Assembly (NCBI GenBank): GCA_007131925.1
Contig: SLPQ01000050.1
Location: 1-54,780 of the forward strand
Direction: 5' to 3'
Length of the DNA: 54,780 nucleotides
Source: Candidatus Brocadiia bacterium
Lineage (GTDB): Bacteria > Planctomycetota > DG-23 > SLPQ01
How positions within the stretch are numbered: the stretch's first letter is position 1; each line of letters starts with the position of its first letter. A model generated the notes under the pieces. That model saw only the letters and a program-made list of their open reading frames with translations, was not told the origin of the DNA and searched no databases. A program made the translations under genes and the position numbers. This document shows positions 36,121 through 45,959 of this stretch, piece by piece.

Positions 36121-36364
36121 CCACAGCTCCGTCAGTATGGGAAAGGTCAACTCTGAGATTCTAAGAGAAGCGCGCTTCTTTTCAAGGCAAAACGGCCTCC
36201 AGCCAAGGCCGCGGCTGGGCGCACAGGCAGTCCGGAGTGCTCGAAACTCGGACGTCTTCACCTGTGTGCGGGATAAATCTTCTTGACCGCAGGGCGCACA
36301 TCCTTAACTTTGGCAACATGGCGTAGATGCCGGCCGGTTGCTGAATCCATGGAAAGGGGTCCTC

Positions 36365-38755
36365 ATGCCTGATGCACTTAAAGCCATCGCAGTACTTTTC
36401 TGCCTGACGGCGATCGTGTCGCTCGGCGCCTGCGCCCACCACAGGGCGCCCATGCCACCCTCATCACCCATGTCGGCGCAACGGCTCGACAGCTGGATAT
36501 TGATAGGGCCTGGGGGAGGAGGCGCGCAGTACCTGCCTACGATAAGCCCCCACGACCCCAATGTCGTGCTCGTTCGCTGCGATATGACGGGCAATTACAT
36601 ATCCACAGATTTCGGGGAGTCATGGCGCATTTTCAATCTGCGAACCTCGGCGAGCTGGTTTGTCTATGATCCGCTGGACCCACAGACAATCTACACCTGG
36701 GCGGGCGGGCTCTTTCGCTCCGAGGACCTTGGCAGGTCATGGCATCTGGTGGTGCCGCATCCGGACAGGACCACCGGCATCACCGTCAGCGGCGACCATG
36801 CCGGCTGGCGATGGGATACTCCTGAAAACTACGAACGGATCACCGCGCTGGCTATCGACCCGGCAAATTCAAACAAGCTCTACGCCGCCGCCGGAAGTTC
36901 GCTGCTTTTCTCAGAGGACTATGGCGACACGTGGCGCGACATCGCCCTTGAGGGCGGCATCGATAGAGGCATGGCCATCTTTATCGACGCAGACTCTCCC
37001 CCGGACGATCGCACGCTTTTTGTTCTCGAGGCAAACCGGGTCAGCGTACGCGAGGGTGGAGAGTGGAGGCGTTACGACCCGGCCCCGGGTGTCAGTCGTT
37101 TCCACAACGTCTCCGGCGGATGGGCCGCCGGTGCGACTCGACCGGTCATTTACGGTGCCGCCCCCGCTTCGTGGCGCGACGGTGAGCTTGAAGGAGGCAT
37201 ACTCGTAAGTCGCGACGGGGGAGAGAGCTGGCAGACATCCAACAGAGATTTCACCGACCTTATGATGGAGGGCGCCGCCGCTCCCTACTTTCCAGCCATA
37301 GCAACCTGCGCAAGCGATCCGAGCGTCGCTTACGTGTCCTTCAGAAATGTCAGGTATGGCCCCGACAGGTGGGACTTGTACTTTGGCACGGCCCGGACCA
37401 CCGACACCGGAGCCAGCTGGGACCTGGCCATCAGGGAGACGATGTATGACGCCTCTCCAAGGCTCATCGATGCATGGGTCACCGCCCTTTTCCACCCTGA
37501 GTGGGGCGAGTCACCCTTTGGTCTCGGCGTAGCGCCGACCGACCCTGACATAGCCTTTGGCACTGACTGGGCACGCACAATGCGCACCGACGACGGGCTA
37601 CAGACATGGCGGGCTGTTTTCAGCAAGCCCTACAACAATGCGTGGACCACCACCGGGCTCGATGTCACTACCTGCTATGGTGTACACCGCGACCCGCACG
37701 ACCCGCAGCGACTCTTCGTCACCTATTCCGATAAGGGCCTCTGGCGCAGTGAGGACGGCGGCACATCATGGCTGGCCGCACAGAGAGGCATGGAGGAGAC
37801 CGGCTGGCGAAATACCTGCTACTGGATGGTCTTCGACCCGGACGTAGAGGGGCGAGTCTGGTCCGGCTGGTCCCGAAACCATGACCTGCCCCGCCCTAAG
37901 ATGTGGCGAGGGAGGGAGACGATGGAGCACCTCCAGGGCGGAGTCGCCACGAGCAGCGACGGCGGGCGCAGCTGGAGGGTCACAAGCGATGGTATGCCGC
38001 CTACGGCGGTGACACATATCCTTTTAGATCCGGAAAGCCCCGCGGACTCGCGGACGCTCTACGCGACCGGCTTTGGCACCGGTGTCTGGAAGTCTACCGA
38101 CTCCGGCGCGACGTGGGCGCTGAAGAACAACGGTATTCGCGGCAGTGAGCCGCTGGCGTGGCGACTCGCTATGGACCGTGAAGGCACGATATACCTGGTG
38201 GTGGCACGACGCAGCGAAGACGGCAGCCTCGACGATGACTACGATGGGGCACTGTACCGCTCGACGGACGGCGCTCTAAGCTGGCAGGAAATACACCTCC
38301 CCGAGGGTGTAAACGGCCCGAACGGCATCCATATCGATCCTCGCGATCCCCGGCGTTTGTATGTGGCGGCATGGGGGCGCGGAGGGCGCGGGCGCAGGTC
38401 GACGGACGGGGGCGTCTACCTTTCCGCCGACGGCGGGCGAAGCTGGGAAAACGTATTCGATGCCAACCAGTTTGTCTATGACGTAACGGCCGATCCGCGC
38501 AACCCCGACACGCTTTTCATCGCCGGCTTTGAGTCCAGTGCCTGGCGAAGCGACGACGCTGGAGAAACCTGGCGGCGCCTTGGAGGTTTCAACTTCAAGT
38601 GGGGCCACCGTGTGGTGCCTGACACTGCCATTCGAGACAGGATCTTCGTGACGACCTTCGGTGGCGGCGTCTGGTATGGCCCGGCCGATGGGGACCCTGA
38701 CGCACCGGAGGATATCGCTACCGAGCACCTGTCCTACAGGGCGCTCGGCCAGTGA
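36365..38755 (+). CDS. BNR/Asp-box repeat lipoprotein (sortilin/GH74/Ycf48-like double beta-propeller)
   Basis: Signal peptide with lipobox: MPDALKAIAVLFCLTAIVSLGAC. Twelve S/T-x-D-x-G-x-(S/T)-W boxes run from STDFGESW through SEDLGRSW to SDDAGETW. Confidence 0.8.
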   Translation: MPDALKAIAVLFCLTAIVSLGACAHHRAPMPPSSPMSAQRLDSWILIGPGGGGAQYLPTISPHDPNVVLVRCDMTGNYISTDFGESWRIFNLRTSASWFVYDPLDPQTIYTWAGGLFRSEDLGRSWHLVVPHPDRTTGITVSGDHAGWRWDTPENYERITALAIDPANSNKLYAAAGSSLLFSEDYGDTWRDIALEGGIDRGMAIFIDADSPPDDRTLFVLEANRVSVREGGEWRRYDPAPGVSRFHNVSGGWAAGATRPVIYGAAPASWRDGELEGGILVSRDGGESWQTSNRDFTDLMMEGAAAPYFPAIATCASDPSVAYVSFRNVRYGPDRWDLYFGTARTTDTGASWDLAIRETMYDASPRLIDAWVTALFHPEWGESPFGLGVAPTDPDIAFGTDWARTMRTDDGLQTWRAVFSKPYNNAWTTTGLDVTTCYGVHRDPHDPQRLFVTYSDKGLWRSEDGGTSWLAAQRGMEETGWRNTCYWMVFDPDVEGRVWSGWSRNHDLPRPKMWRGRETMEHLQGGVATSSDGGRSWRVTSDGMPPTAVTHILLDPESPADSRTLYATGFGTGVWKSTDSGATWALKNNGIRGSEPLAWRLAMDREGTIYLVVARRSEDGSLDDDYDGALYRSTDGALSWQEIHLPEGVNGPNGIHIDPRDPRRLYVAAWGRGGRGRRSTDGGVYLSADGGRSWENVFDANQFVYDVTADPRNPDTLFIAGFESSAWRSDDAGETWRRLGGFNFKWGHRVVPDTAIRDRIFVTTFGGGVWYGPADGDPDAPEDIATEHLSYRALGQ

Positions 38756-38890
38756 ACACTAAGGACGCCACAGAACGCTCGGATGGATAGAGGTGCGCCC
38801 TCTCGGATGAGCCGGGAGTGCCGCGAGGCTGAGCAAAGCCGCTCTATGTGCGGCAGAGTGGCTTGGCCGGGCATACTCAGCGCGGTCTTT

Positions 38891-39337
38891 TCAGTATTCT
38901 TTTATGATGTCATAGATGTCTTCGGGGTTTTCGGCGCCGATTATGGCCTCGCGGATCTTCTCATTCTTGAGCAGCAGCGTCACCCTCGCAAGAGATCGGA
39001 TGTACTCGGACTGTTCTGAGTCGTTTGCGCCTATCATCACCACAATATGGACGGGATTGTCGTCAAGCGCCCCGTAGTTTATCCCACGGGAGGTCTTGCC
39101 GAGCGCGGCGACGATCCGATCTACAGAGGCGATCTTGGCGTGCGGCACGGCGATGCCGAGGCCGATGCCCGTCGAAAGTATACTCTCCCGGTCGAGTATC
39201 GCCTGGAAGAGGGCCTTTCTGTCCCTGACCTGCGGCGCCAGCGCCAGGACATCCACCATCTCCTCCAGAACCTCATCCTTTGAAGTGCTCTTGAGATGCA
39301 CGACACGGTCCGGAGTGATCAGATCAGCCAGTTTCAC
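38891..39337 (-). CDS. ptsN: PTS EIIA(Ntr)-type (fructose/mannitol family EIIA) regulatory protein
   Basis: 148 aa. Phosphorylatable His context GIGLGIAVPHAK and the later VHIVVMIGA block. GTG start preceded by GGAGG. Confidence 0.75.
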   Translation of the reverse strand: MKLADLITPDRVVHLKSTSKDEVLEEMVDVLALAPQVRDRKALFQAILDRESILSTGIGLGIAVPHAKIASVDRIVAALGKTSRGINYGALDDNPVHIVVMIGANDSEQSEYIRSLARVTLLLKNEKIREAIIGAENPEDIYDIIKEY

Positions 39338-39741
39338 CTTTCGACCTCCTTACCTGTAAGGATCATCAGCCCCGCCGGTCGGGCAAGGCACAGGGCAATA
39401 ATAATCTCCCCTTTCGGCCCCAGCAGCCGCCCAGCGTGGTCGCAAAACGGCTATTTTAGCGACATGGGGGTCGAATCAACAGAAGTTTTTGCGCGCCAAG
39501 CTCATCAACGACCGCAAAAGCCGGCTCCACCGCTCCCACACGGCCGCCTCCCGGGGGTCTCTCCGGTCGCCAGCAGGGCAAGGACTTGCTTTTTGGAGAG
39601 ATCTCTTATGCGGGCGCTCCTGAGCATCCGGGGTTTTCAAAACGGGGCTCATCTGTACTATGGAGGAGTGACAGCGGCGGTAAGGCCGGACAAGTTACGT
39701 ATATGGTCTGCTTAACGACGTGTTTTCAAGGAGTGTTGACG

Positions 39742-41148
39742 ATGATCGACAGGCGCAAGGGACATTTTCTTTCGGCATTCATGTTTGCGCTGGTTATTTT
39801 GGTCGGACTGTCCTCAGCGGTGATGGTCGCCGGTAACTCGGCGGAAAGCGGGCAGGAAAGGCGCAACGTGATACTTTTCATCGGGGATGGGATGGGTTTT
39901 GCGCACGTCGACGCAGCAAGCAGTTACCGTTATGGTGCATTTGGCCGGCTGGTCTTTGAGACTTTTCCCGTTCGACTTGCAGCGACCACCTACGCCGAGG
40001 GCGGCAGCTATGACCCTGACCACCTCTGGGCGGACTTTGATAACTTCAGGCGTGGCGCCACTGACAGCGCCGCGGCCGCTACAGCACTTGCCACCGGCAG
40101 AAAGAGCTACGGGGGCGCCATAGCGGTAGTAGGTTCACGCGAGGACTATGAACCTGTGAGAACGATCGTACACGCCGCGACGGACAGGGGCATGAGAGCG
40201 GGCGTCGTCACGAACGTACAGTTTGCCCATGCCACGCCGGCACCCTTCGGTGCCCACAACTCCCATCGCAGTAATTACAAAGAGATCGCACGAGAGATGC
40301 TGCTGGAGAGCTCGCTGGACCTCATCATGGGCTGCGGCCACCCGCTCTTTACGAATGACGCGCGGGTGCGTGATGAGGCGGAAAACTTCGACTTCGTAGG
40401 AGGCGTGGATACGTGGAGGGCACTTGTAACCGGCAGGGCCGGCTCCACCACTGACGTCGCCGGCACGAGAGAGCGCTGGAGATTTATACAGGACCGATCC
40501 GATTTCATCGCCATGGCCGACGGCCCCACGCCGGCCATGGTATGTGGAGTACCGATGGTGGCGACCACTCTGCAGCAGGGGCGCAGTGGTGACCGGCACG
40601 CCGAGCCCTTTGAAGAGCCGTTCAACAGAAATGTCCCGACGCTCGCAGAGATGACAAGCGCTGCATTGAACGTACTCGACCGCGATGGAGCCGGCCTCTT
40701 TCTCATGGCCGAGGGAGGAGCCATAGACTGGGCGGGGCACTCCAACCAGACCGGCAGGATGATCGAGGAGATGATCGACTTTGCCGACGCGGTCTCGGCC
40801 GCCGTTGAGTGGGTCGAGAAAAACAGCTCATGGGACGAGACGCTTATAATAGTCACATCAGATCACGAGACAGGCTACCTCACCGGACCGCGCTCGGGGC
40901 CGGGAGATGAGGGCGAGCCGCCCCTCTGGAACCCAGTACAGAACCGCGGTATCGCACAGGTACCAGGCGTCGAATGGCACAGCGGCAGCCACACCAACCA
41001 GCTCGTGCCGGTATATGCGCGCGGGGTCGGCGCAGGCCTGCTTGTGGACTATGCCGACAAGACCGACCCGGTGCACGGCGCCTACCTCGACAACACGGAC
41101 ATAGCGCGCGTGATGTTTGAGGTGGTAGGCGAGCCGCTCGCGCCGTAG
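39742..41148 (+). CDS. phoA: Alkaline phosphatase (PhoA family), secreted or membrane-anchored
   Basis: VILFIGDGMG, active-site Ser context ATDSAAAATALATG, GGAIDWAGHSN and VTSDHETG metal-site blocks. Hydrophobic N-terminal signal after MIDRRKGHF. AAGGAG SD before ATG 39742. Confidence 0.9.
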   Translation: MIDRRKGHFLSAFMFALVILVGLSSAVMVAGNSAESGQERRNVILFIGDGMGFAHVDAASSYRYGAFGRLVFETFPVRLAATTYAEGGSYDPDHLWADFDNFRRGATDSAAAATALATGRKSYGGAIAVVGSREDYEPVRTIVHAATDRGMRAGVVTNVQFAHATPAPFGAHNSHRSNYKEIAREMLLESSLDLIMGCGHPLFTNDARVRDEAENFDFVGGVDTWRALVTGRAGSTTDVAGTRERWRFIQDRSDFIAMADGPTPAMVCGVPMVATTLQQGRSGDRHAEPFEEPFNRNVPTLAEMTSAALNVLDRDGAGLFLMAEGGAIDWAGHSNQTGRMIEEMIDFADAVSAAVEWVEKNSSWDETLIIVTSDHETGYLTGPRSGPGDEGEPPLWNPVQNRGIAQVPGVEWHSGSHTNQLVPVYARGVGAGLLVDYADKTDPVHGAYLDNTDIARVMFEVVGEPLAP

Positions 41149-41182
41149 CCGAAGCTTCCCGGCAGGTTACACAGGCGATGTA

Positions 41183-41210
41183 TTGACAGCGCCGGGCAAT
41201 ACGCGATAAT
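41183..41210 (+). promoter_or_regulatory. Sigma70-like promoter for gpmI (TTGACA-16-GATAAT)
   Basis: TTGACA at 41183-41188, 16-nt spacer, GATAAT at 41205-41210, about 50 nt upstream of GTG 41263. Confidence 0.5.
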
Positions 41211-41262
41211 CACGCCCTCTTCGACGGGCGACTTTACTCATTTCCATGGAAGGACAGCCGAC

Positions 41263-42813
41263 GTGTCCGGACCCGAGACAAGACCGGTGGTTCTCGTAAT
41301 ACGTGACGGGTGGGGCGAACAGCAGCACGAAAAAGGTAACGCCGTCGCCGCGGCCGGCACCCCCGTGCATGACCGATTATTTGCCGAGTATCCCTGGACT
41401 CTTGTCGGTGCCGCCGGCGAGGCGGTCGGCCTGCCTCGAGGCCAGATGGGAAACAGCGAGGTCGGCCACCTCAACATGGGCGCGGGACGGATCGTTTACC
41501 AGGACCTCACGCGCATCTCGAAAGCCATAGAGGATGGCTCATTTTTCGAAAATGAAGTTCTTATCGGCGCCGTCAGCCACGCCAAGGAAAATGGCTCGGC
41601 CCTGCACCTTATGGGCCTTGTATCCGATGGCGGTGTCCACAGCCAGGATACCCATCTCTATGCGCTCTTGGAACTGGCTGCGCGCTGCGGCCTCGAGAAG
41701 GTCTTTGTCCACTGTTTGATGGACGGGCGCGACACTTCCCCGACAGCCGGCGCACGCTATGTGGGAGAGCTCCAGGAGCAGATGCGCAAAAAGGCTACAG
41801 GATCCGTCGCGAGCATAACAGGGCGCTACTGGGCCATGGACCGCGACAACCGCTGGGAACGTGTCGAAAAGGCCTATCGCGCCTTTACCTCCGGTCAAGC
41901 GCGAAAAGCGCGCGACCCGGTCCTGCTCCTGCAGGATTGCTACCAGAACGGCGAGACGGATGAGTTTGTCGAGCCGACCGTCATTGTCGACGGCGACGGC
42001 CGCCCCCTCGGCCTCATACGGGAGGCCGACTCCCTGATATTCTTCAACTTTCGCGGTGACCGCGCTCGCGAGATAACCCGGGCCTTCGTGGACACCGGCT
42101 TTGCGCACTTTGAAAGACCCGCAGGGCTGCACCCTCACTACGTGTGCCTTGCCGAGTACGATGCGACCATCGATGCGCCGGTAGCATTTCCACCGGTGAG
42201 CCTTCCCAATATCCTCGGCGAGGTGATAAGCACAGCCGGCCTCAGCCAGCTTCGCATTGCCGAGACCGAAAAGTACGCTCATGTGACCTTCTTTTTCAAC
42301 GGCGGAGGTGAAGAGCCTTTTCCCGGAGAGCAGCGCTGCCTCGTACCCTCCCCGAAGGTGGACACCTACGACCTGAAGCCGGAGATGAGCGCCAACGAGG
42401 TTACCGACGAGCTTGAAAAGCGCCTCGCCTCGGGCGCCTTTGATTTTGTGGTGCTCAACTACGCCAACTGCGACATGGTCGGCCACACCGGCATATTCGA
42501 CGCGGCCGTCAAAGCGGTCGAGGCGGTCGATGAATGCGTCGGACGCATCGTCGATGCCACGCTCGCCGCCGGGGGCGCTGCAATCGTCACGGCCGACCAC
42601 GGAAACGCAGAGAAGATGGTCGATTTCGAAACGGGAGAGGATTTTACGGCGCACTCCAGCAACTGCGTTCATTTTATACTCGTCGATGACTCCCGCAAGA
42701 CTGCCATGCTGCGCGACGACGGCATCCTGGCCGATATCGCCCCCACCATTCTTGAGATCATGGGCATCGCGCAGCCGGACGAGATGACAGGCAGGTCGAT
42801 AATCAGAGATTAG
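41263..42813 (+). CDS. gpmI: 2,3-bisphosphoglycerate-independent phosphoglycerate mutase
   Basis: [26 protein letters not shown] (catalytic Ser), [19 protein letters not shown] and TADHGNAE blocks. Confidence 0.95.
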   Translation: MSGPETRPVVLVIRDGWGEQQHEKGNAVAAAGTPVHDRLFAEYPWTLVGAAGEAVGLPRGQMGNSEVGHLNMGAGRIVYQDLTRISKAIEDGSFFENEVLIGAVSHAKENGSALHLMGLVSDGGVHSQDTHLYALLELAARCGLEKVFVHCLMDGRDTSPTAGARYVGELQEQMRKKATGSVASITGRYWAMDRDNRWERVEKAYRAFTSGQARKARDPVLLLQDCYQNGETDEFVEPTVIVDGDGRPLGLIREADSLIFFNFRGDRAREITRAFVDTGFAHFERPAGLHPHYVCLAEYDATIDAPVAFPPVSLPNILGEVISTAGLSQLRIAETEKYAHVTFFFNGGGEEPFPGEQRCLVPSPKVDTYDLKPEMSANEVTDELEKRLASGAFDFVVLNYANCDMVGHTGIFDAAVKAVEAVDECVGRIVDATLAAGGAAIVTADHGNAEKMVDFETGEDFTAHSSNCVHFILVDDSRKTAMLRDDGILADIAPTILEIMGIAQPDEMTGRSIIRD

Positions 42814-42832
42814 ACGGGCGCAAAGGAGTGCG

Positions 42833-44257
42833 TCAGTCGAGCATTTGTGCCACAAGGGCCGAGAGGCGCTCGATACCGGCGCACACAAAGTCTGCAAATG
42901 GGGCCGCACGCGAGCCGCCGCTCTTTTCGTACTCGCTGCGCACCAGCCTCACAGCATCCCTCACGCGTCCCGCAGGCACAGCCCCGTGCAGCTCACGCGA
43001 AAGCGCGGCAGTTGCGCCGCCTCCGCCCCCTGCCAGCAGCCGGTAGCATTGCGCCTTTACTCCGTTGACGGTCTTTAGCCGTCCAACAAGGCCGATGTCG
43101 GCCACCGCGGCGCAGGAGCAGTTGTTCGGACAGCCGGATATGGCGGCTTTGAGGCCGGCAGGCGCGTTTTCGGCTACAAGCACCGCGCCCACTGCCCGCG
43201 AGTCGGTGATGCCGCGCGCGCACCAGGTGGTGCCGGGACAAGCCACGACCGACGGGCCGCCGGCAAGCACATCCAGAGCTTCAGGCAGCGTCTCGCCGGT
43301 CCCGGCAAAGACCAGCACATCGTGATCGAGGCCTATACAGCTCGTGCCGCCGCTGGAATCGAGGAAGTCCGCCAGCTCAAGCGCCGCTTCAGGCGCAATG
43401 TCGCCGAGAGGGGCTTTGAGTACGGCGCGAAGCACACGCGCGCCGCCGGCACGCCTGATGACAGTAACGGGTAAACGGGTCACGGACGACGTCTTTTCAC
43501 GCTGGAAGAGCCGGTCGATCTCCTCCAGAAACGGTCCGTCTCCCATGCGCTCCCTGACGTGTCTGAGACGTGCGCGAGTGCGCACGGTCCGGTCACCCTC
43601 GCGGTTGAAAAGGCCCAGCGCGGCTACCGTCAGCGGCAGGATATCGTCCGCTTCGAGGTCTTCGTACGCCCTGATACCTGTTGCCGGCCTCGCGCCCAGA
43701 GATCCGGCGAGCATGACTTCAAACCTGCCCGACGGCAGCGCCACGATGCCGATGTCGTTTGTCCATGGCCGGGCGCACCCGGCACTGCACCCCGACAGGC
43801 TGATCTTAAACTTGCGCGGCATGGCCCGGATGAATGGTCGGCTCTCGGCCGCGTCTTTGATGGCGTTGGCGAGGGGCGAGAGGTCCCATACATCAGGGTC
43901 GAGTCCACAGCCCGGGCAGACGGTGATGTTTCTCAGCGTGTCACCACAAGCGCCCATGCCGGTAAAGCCCGCGCGTGCAATATCGACCTGGAGCGCAACA
44001 ATCGCATCCTCGCGCACGTTGTGAAACTCGATATCCTGCCTGGTAGTCAGGTGCAGCGGAGAGCCGGGCGTGCGGGCCTCGGCCGCATGAGCCATGGCAC
44101 GCCAGGCCGCAGCAGTCATGACGCCTGCGGGCACCTTTACCCGCTGCATCAGTAGCCCCTCCTGGCGCTGAGGATACACACCCAGAAGACGCGCCTCGGC
44201 CGGTTCAAGCCGGGCGCTCGAAGCAGGAAACTCAAGCCCTTCGAAGCGCCCGGTCAT
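42833..44257 (-). CDS. Siroheme/[4Fe-4S] nitrite-sulfite reductase family protein, probable assimilatory sulfite reductase (compact, ~474 aa)
   Basis: LHLTTRQDIEFHNV (NIR_SIR ferredoxin-like repeat). C-terminal half carries the canonical C-x5-C...C-x3-C (ACPGTTWC ... GCPNNC). Lies immediately downstream of cysH. Start at MTGRFEGLEF, 35 nt after the cysH stop. Confidence 0.8.
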   Translation of the reverse strand: MTGRFEGLEFPASSARLEPAEARLLGVYPQRQEGLLMQRVKVPAGVMTAAAWRAMAHAAEARTPGSPLHLTTRQDIEFHNVREDAIVALQVDIARAGFTGMGACGDTLRNITVCPGCGLDPDVWDLSPLANAIKDAAESRPFIRAMPRKFKISLSGCSAGCARPWTNDIGIVALPSGRFEVMLAGSLGARPATGIRAYEDLEADDILPLTVAALGLFNREGDRTVRTRARLRHVRERMGDGPFLEEIDRLFQREKTSSVTRLPVTVIRRAGGARVLRAVLKAPLGDIAPEAALELADFLDSSGGTSCIGLDHDVLVFAGTGETLPEALDVLAGGPSVVACPGTTWCARGITDSRAVGAVLVAENAPAGLKAAISGCPNNCSCAAVADIGLVGRLKTVNGVKAQCYRLLAGGGGGATAALSRELHGAVPAGRVRDAVRLVRSEYEKSGGSRAAPFADFVCAGIERLSALVAQMLD

Positions 44258-44291
44258 TCTGCATGCCTTTGCGGCACGGCCGGCAGCAGCT

Positions 44292-45002
44292 TCATATCTG
44301 GTAGTCTCCGACAATCGGCTTTGTATGGATACCGCACTCGCCACCGCACTTTGAGGTACCAATCCATCGGCCTGCCCGCTCGTCCTGCCCTGTGGATATG
44401 CGCGTGCAGGGCGCGCATCCCAGTGACCTGTAGCCAAGCGCGTAGAGCGGGTTTACCGGCACGCTGTTGAGAGCAAGGTACTGCCAGACCTCCCGTTCGT
44501 ACCATATGAGTATTGGGTTGAGCTTTACAAGATCCTTGTCACGCTCCTCGATCTCCAGAAACTCCGTCCTCGTACGGCCCTCTGTGCATCGCAGGCCGGT
44601 CACCCAGCATGAGGCGTTCATCTCCTTTATCGCGCGGCGGGTAGGCTCCACTTTAAGTATATCGCAGCAGCGGTCGGGGTCTGTCTCATGGAGCCGGTCT
44701 GGGATCTCGGCGTTGTTTTCAAAGACGGCCAGCTCCGGGTAGCGCTCAACCTCCTCTGCCATGAAGGCCTTTGTCTGCGGCGGCTTGAAGCGCGTGGTCA
44801 CGACAAAGCCGCGTATGTGGGGGCTGACGCGCTTTGCGAGATGCCATATCACGCTTGAGTCTTTGCCAAGGCTGTTTGCGACGACAAGGCCGTCACCGTA
44901 GAGCTGGTGCGCCTCTTTGATGAGGTCAAGCGATCTCTTGACCTTCTGGGCGAAGTTCAGCCCCTCTACAAGATCCCTGATGTGTTCGGTTCCTGTTGTC
45001 AT
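44292..45002 (-). CDS. cysH: Assimilatory adenylyl-sulfate (APS)/PAPS reductase, Fe-S-cluster type
   Basis: PP-loop-like ANSLGKDSSV. Cys pair CCDILKVEP plus SLGCAPCT (the CC...CxxC set characteristic of APS-type enzymes). C-terminal catalytic ECGIH. Confidence 0.9.
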   Translation of the reverse strand: MTTGTEHIRDLVEGLNFAQKVKRSLDLIKEAHQLYGDGLVVANSLGKDSSVIWHLAKRVSPHIRGFVVTTRFKPPQTKAFMAEEVERYPELAVFENNAEIPDRLHETDPDRCCDILKVEPTRRAIKEMNASCWVTGLRCTEGRTRTEFLEIEERDKDLVKLNPILIWYEREVWQYLALNSVPVNPLYALGYRSLGCAPCTRISTGQDERAGRWIGTSKCGGECGIHTKPIVGDYQI

Positions 45003-45018
45003 TGAAGCCTCCCTTTTT

Positions 45019-45291
45019 TTAGTTTTGAGTCCTTGCGGCGATTGCGCCGCTTCCAGGGGCTGTTTGAGGCGCGGCTGACTCTTGAGGCGCGCCGCCCCTT
45101 CCGTAACTCAGTCGGTTCCACATACGCTCGTGCAGATAGTATCCTCCCGTCTTGAAGACTACGTCGAATAGGCCGATGCCAACGGCCAGCTCGACCCTTT
45201 TTGTGAAAGCCCAGGCTATCGAAGCGGTCGTGATGGTTCCCAGTGCGCGGTAGCTGAGCGCTTTTGTGATGGCTCTTTTACGGCTTTCCAA
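45019..45291 (-). CDS. DUF2061 small membrane protein
   Basis: RAITKALSYRALGTITTASIAWAFT...GLFDVVFKTGGYYLHERMWN matches the DUF2061 pattern. That family is frequently found beside sulfate-assimilation genes. Confidence 0.8.
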   Translation of the reverse strand: MESRKRAITKALSYRALGTITTASIAWAFTKRVELAVGIGLFDVVFKTGGYYLHERMWNRLSYGRGGAPQESAAPQTAPGSGAIAARTQN

Positions 45292-45367
45292 GGTCGCCCC
45301 CTAATCATCATGTCTATCGATATAGTCGAGAAGTATGCCAAAAAATTTTCCGGCTCGCCCTGAGCCC

Positions 45368-45814
45368 TCATATTGCATACGAGGGGACAAACTCACCTGC
45401 AGCCTTTGCCTCGCTCTCGAGAAGGTCTCCAAAGGTCGTCGTGTCGTAAACGCCCGCGACAGCATCCTGAACGCGCCTCCACATCCCCAGGAAGGCGCAG
45501 CCAGGATACAGCCTGCAGCCGTCGGCGGGCTTGCCCGTTACGCATTCAACCGGACCTATCGGCCCCTCGACGAAGCGGATGATCTCGCCAACCGTGAGGG
45601 TTTGCGGAGAACGCACCAGGGTGTACCCGCCATCGCTGCCCCGCCTCGACTCGAGAAAGCCGCCACGCTTGAGCTCGGCGAGGATCACCTCCAGAAACCG
45701 CTGCGGTATGTCCTGCGCGCCGGCTACCGAGCCGATCTTGACCGGCCCGGCGCCGTAGGACTTTGAGAGCTCGAAAACGGCCCTCAGGGCATATTGGCAT
45801 TTCTGGGAAAGCAT
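45368..45814 (-). CDS. Rrf2-family transcriptional regulator (IscR/CymR/NsrR-like, three-Cys cluster site)
   Basis: MLSQKCQYALRAVFELS...IPQRFLEVILAELKRGGFLESRRGSDGGYTL winged helix. Cys triad CVTGKPADGCRLYPGC. Confidence 0.9.
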   Translation of the reverse strand: MLSQKCQYALRAVFELSKSYGAGPVKIGSVAGAQDIPQRFLEVILAELKRGGFLESRRGSDGGYTLVRSPQTLTVGEIIRFVEGPIGPVECVTGKPADGCRLYPGCAFLGMWRRVQDAVAGVYDTTTFGDLLESEAKAAGEFVPSYAI

Positions 45815-45850
45815 CGCTCCTCCAGCATCTCTACTAACTCGATTGAGATA

Positions 45851-45878
45851 AGTATAATGGCCTGCCGTGCCCTGTCAA
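45851..45878 (-). promoter_or_regulatory. Sigma70-like promoter for the Rrf2 gene (TTGACA-16-TATACT on minus strand)
   Basis: The minus strand reads cgTTGACAgggcacggcaggccatTATACTtatctcaatcgagttagtagagatgctGGAGGagcgATG. Confidence 0.5.
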
Positions 45879-45959
45879 CGTGAAAGCGAAAAAAATTTCG
45901 CGCAGGCGGCCAAATAACGCCCCGCCCCCATCCCGGTGGGCTTGCGGCGCCGGCTCACA

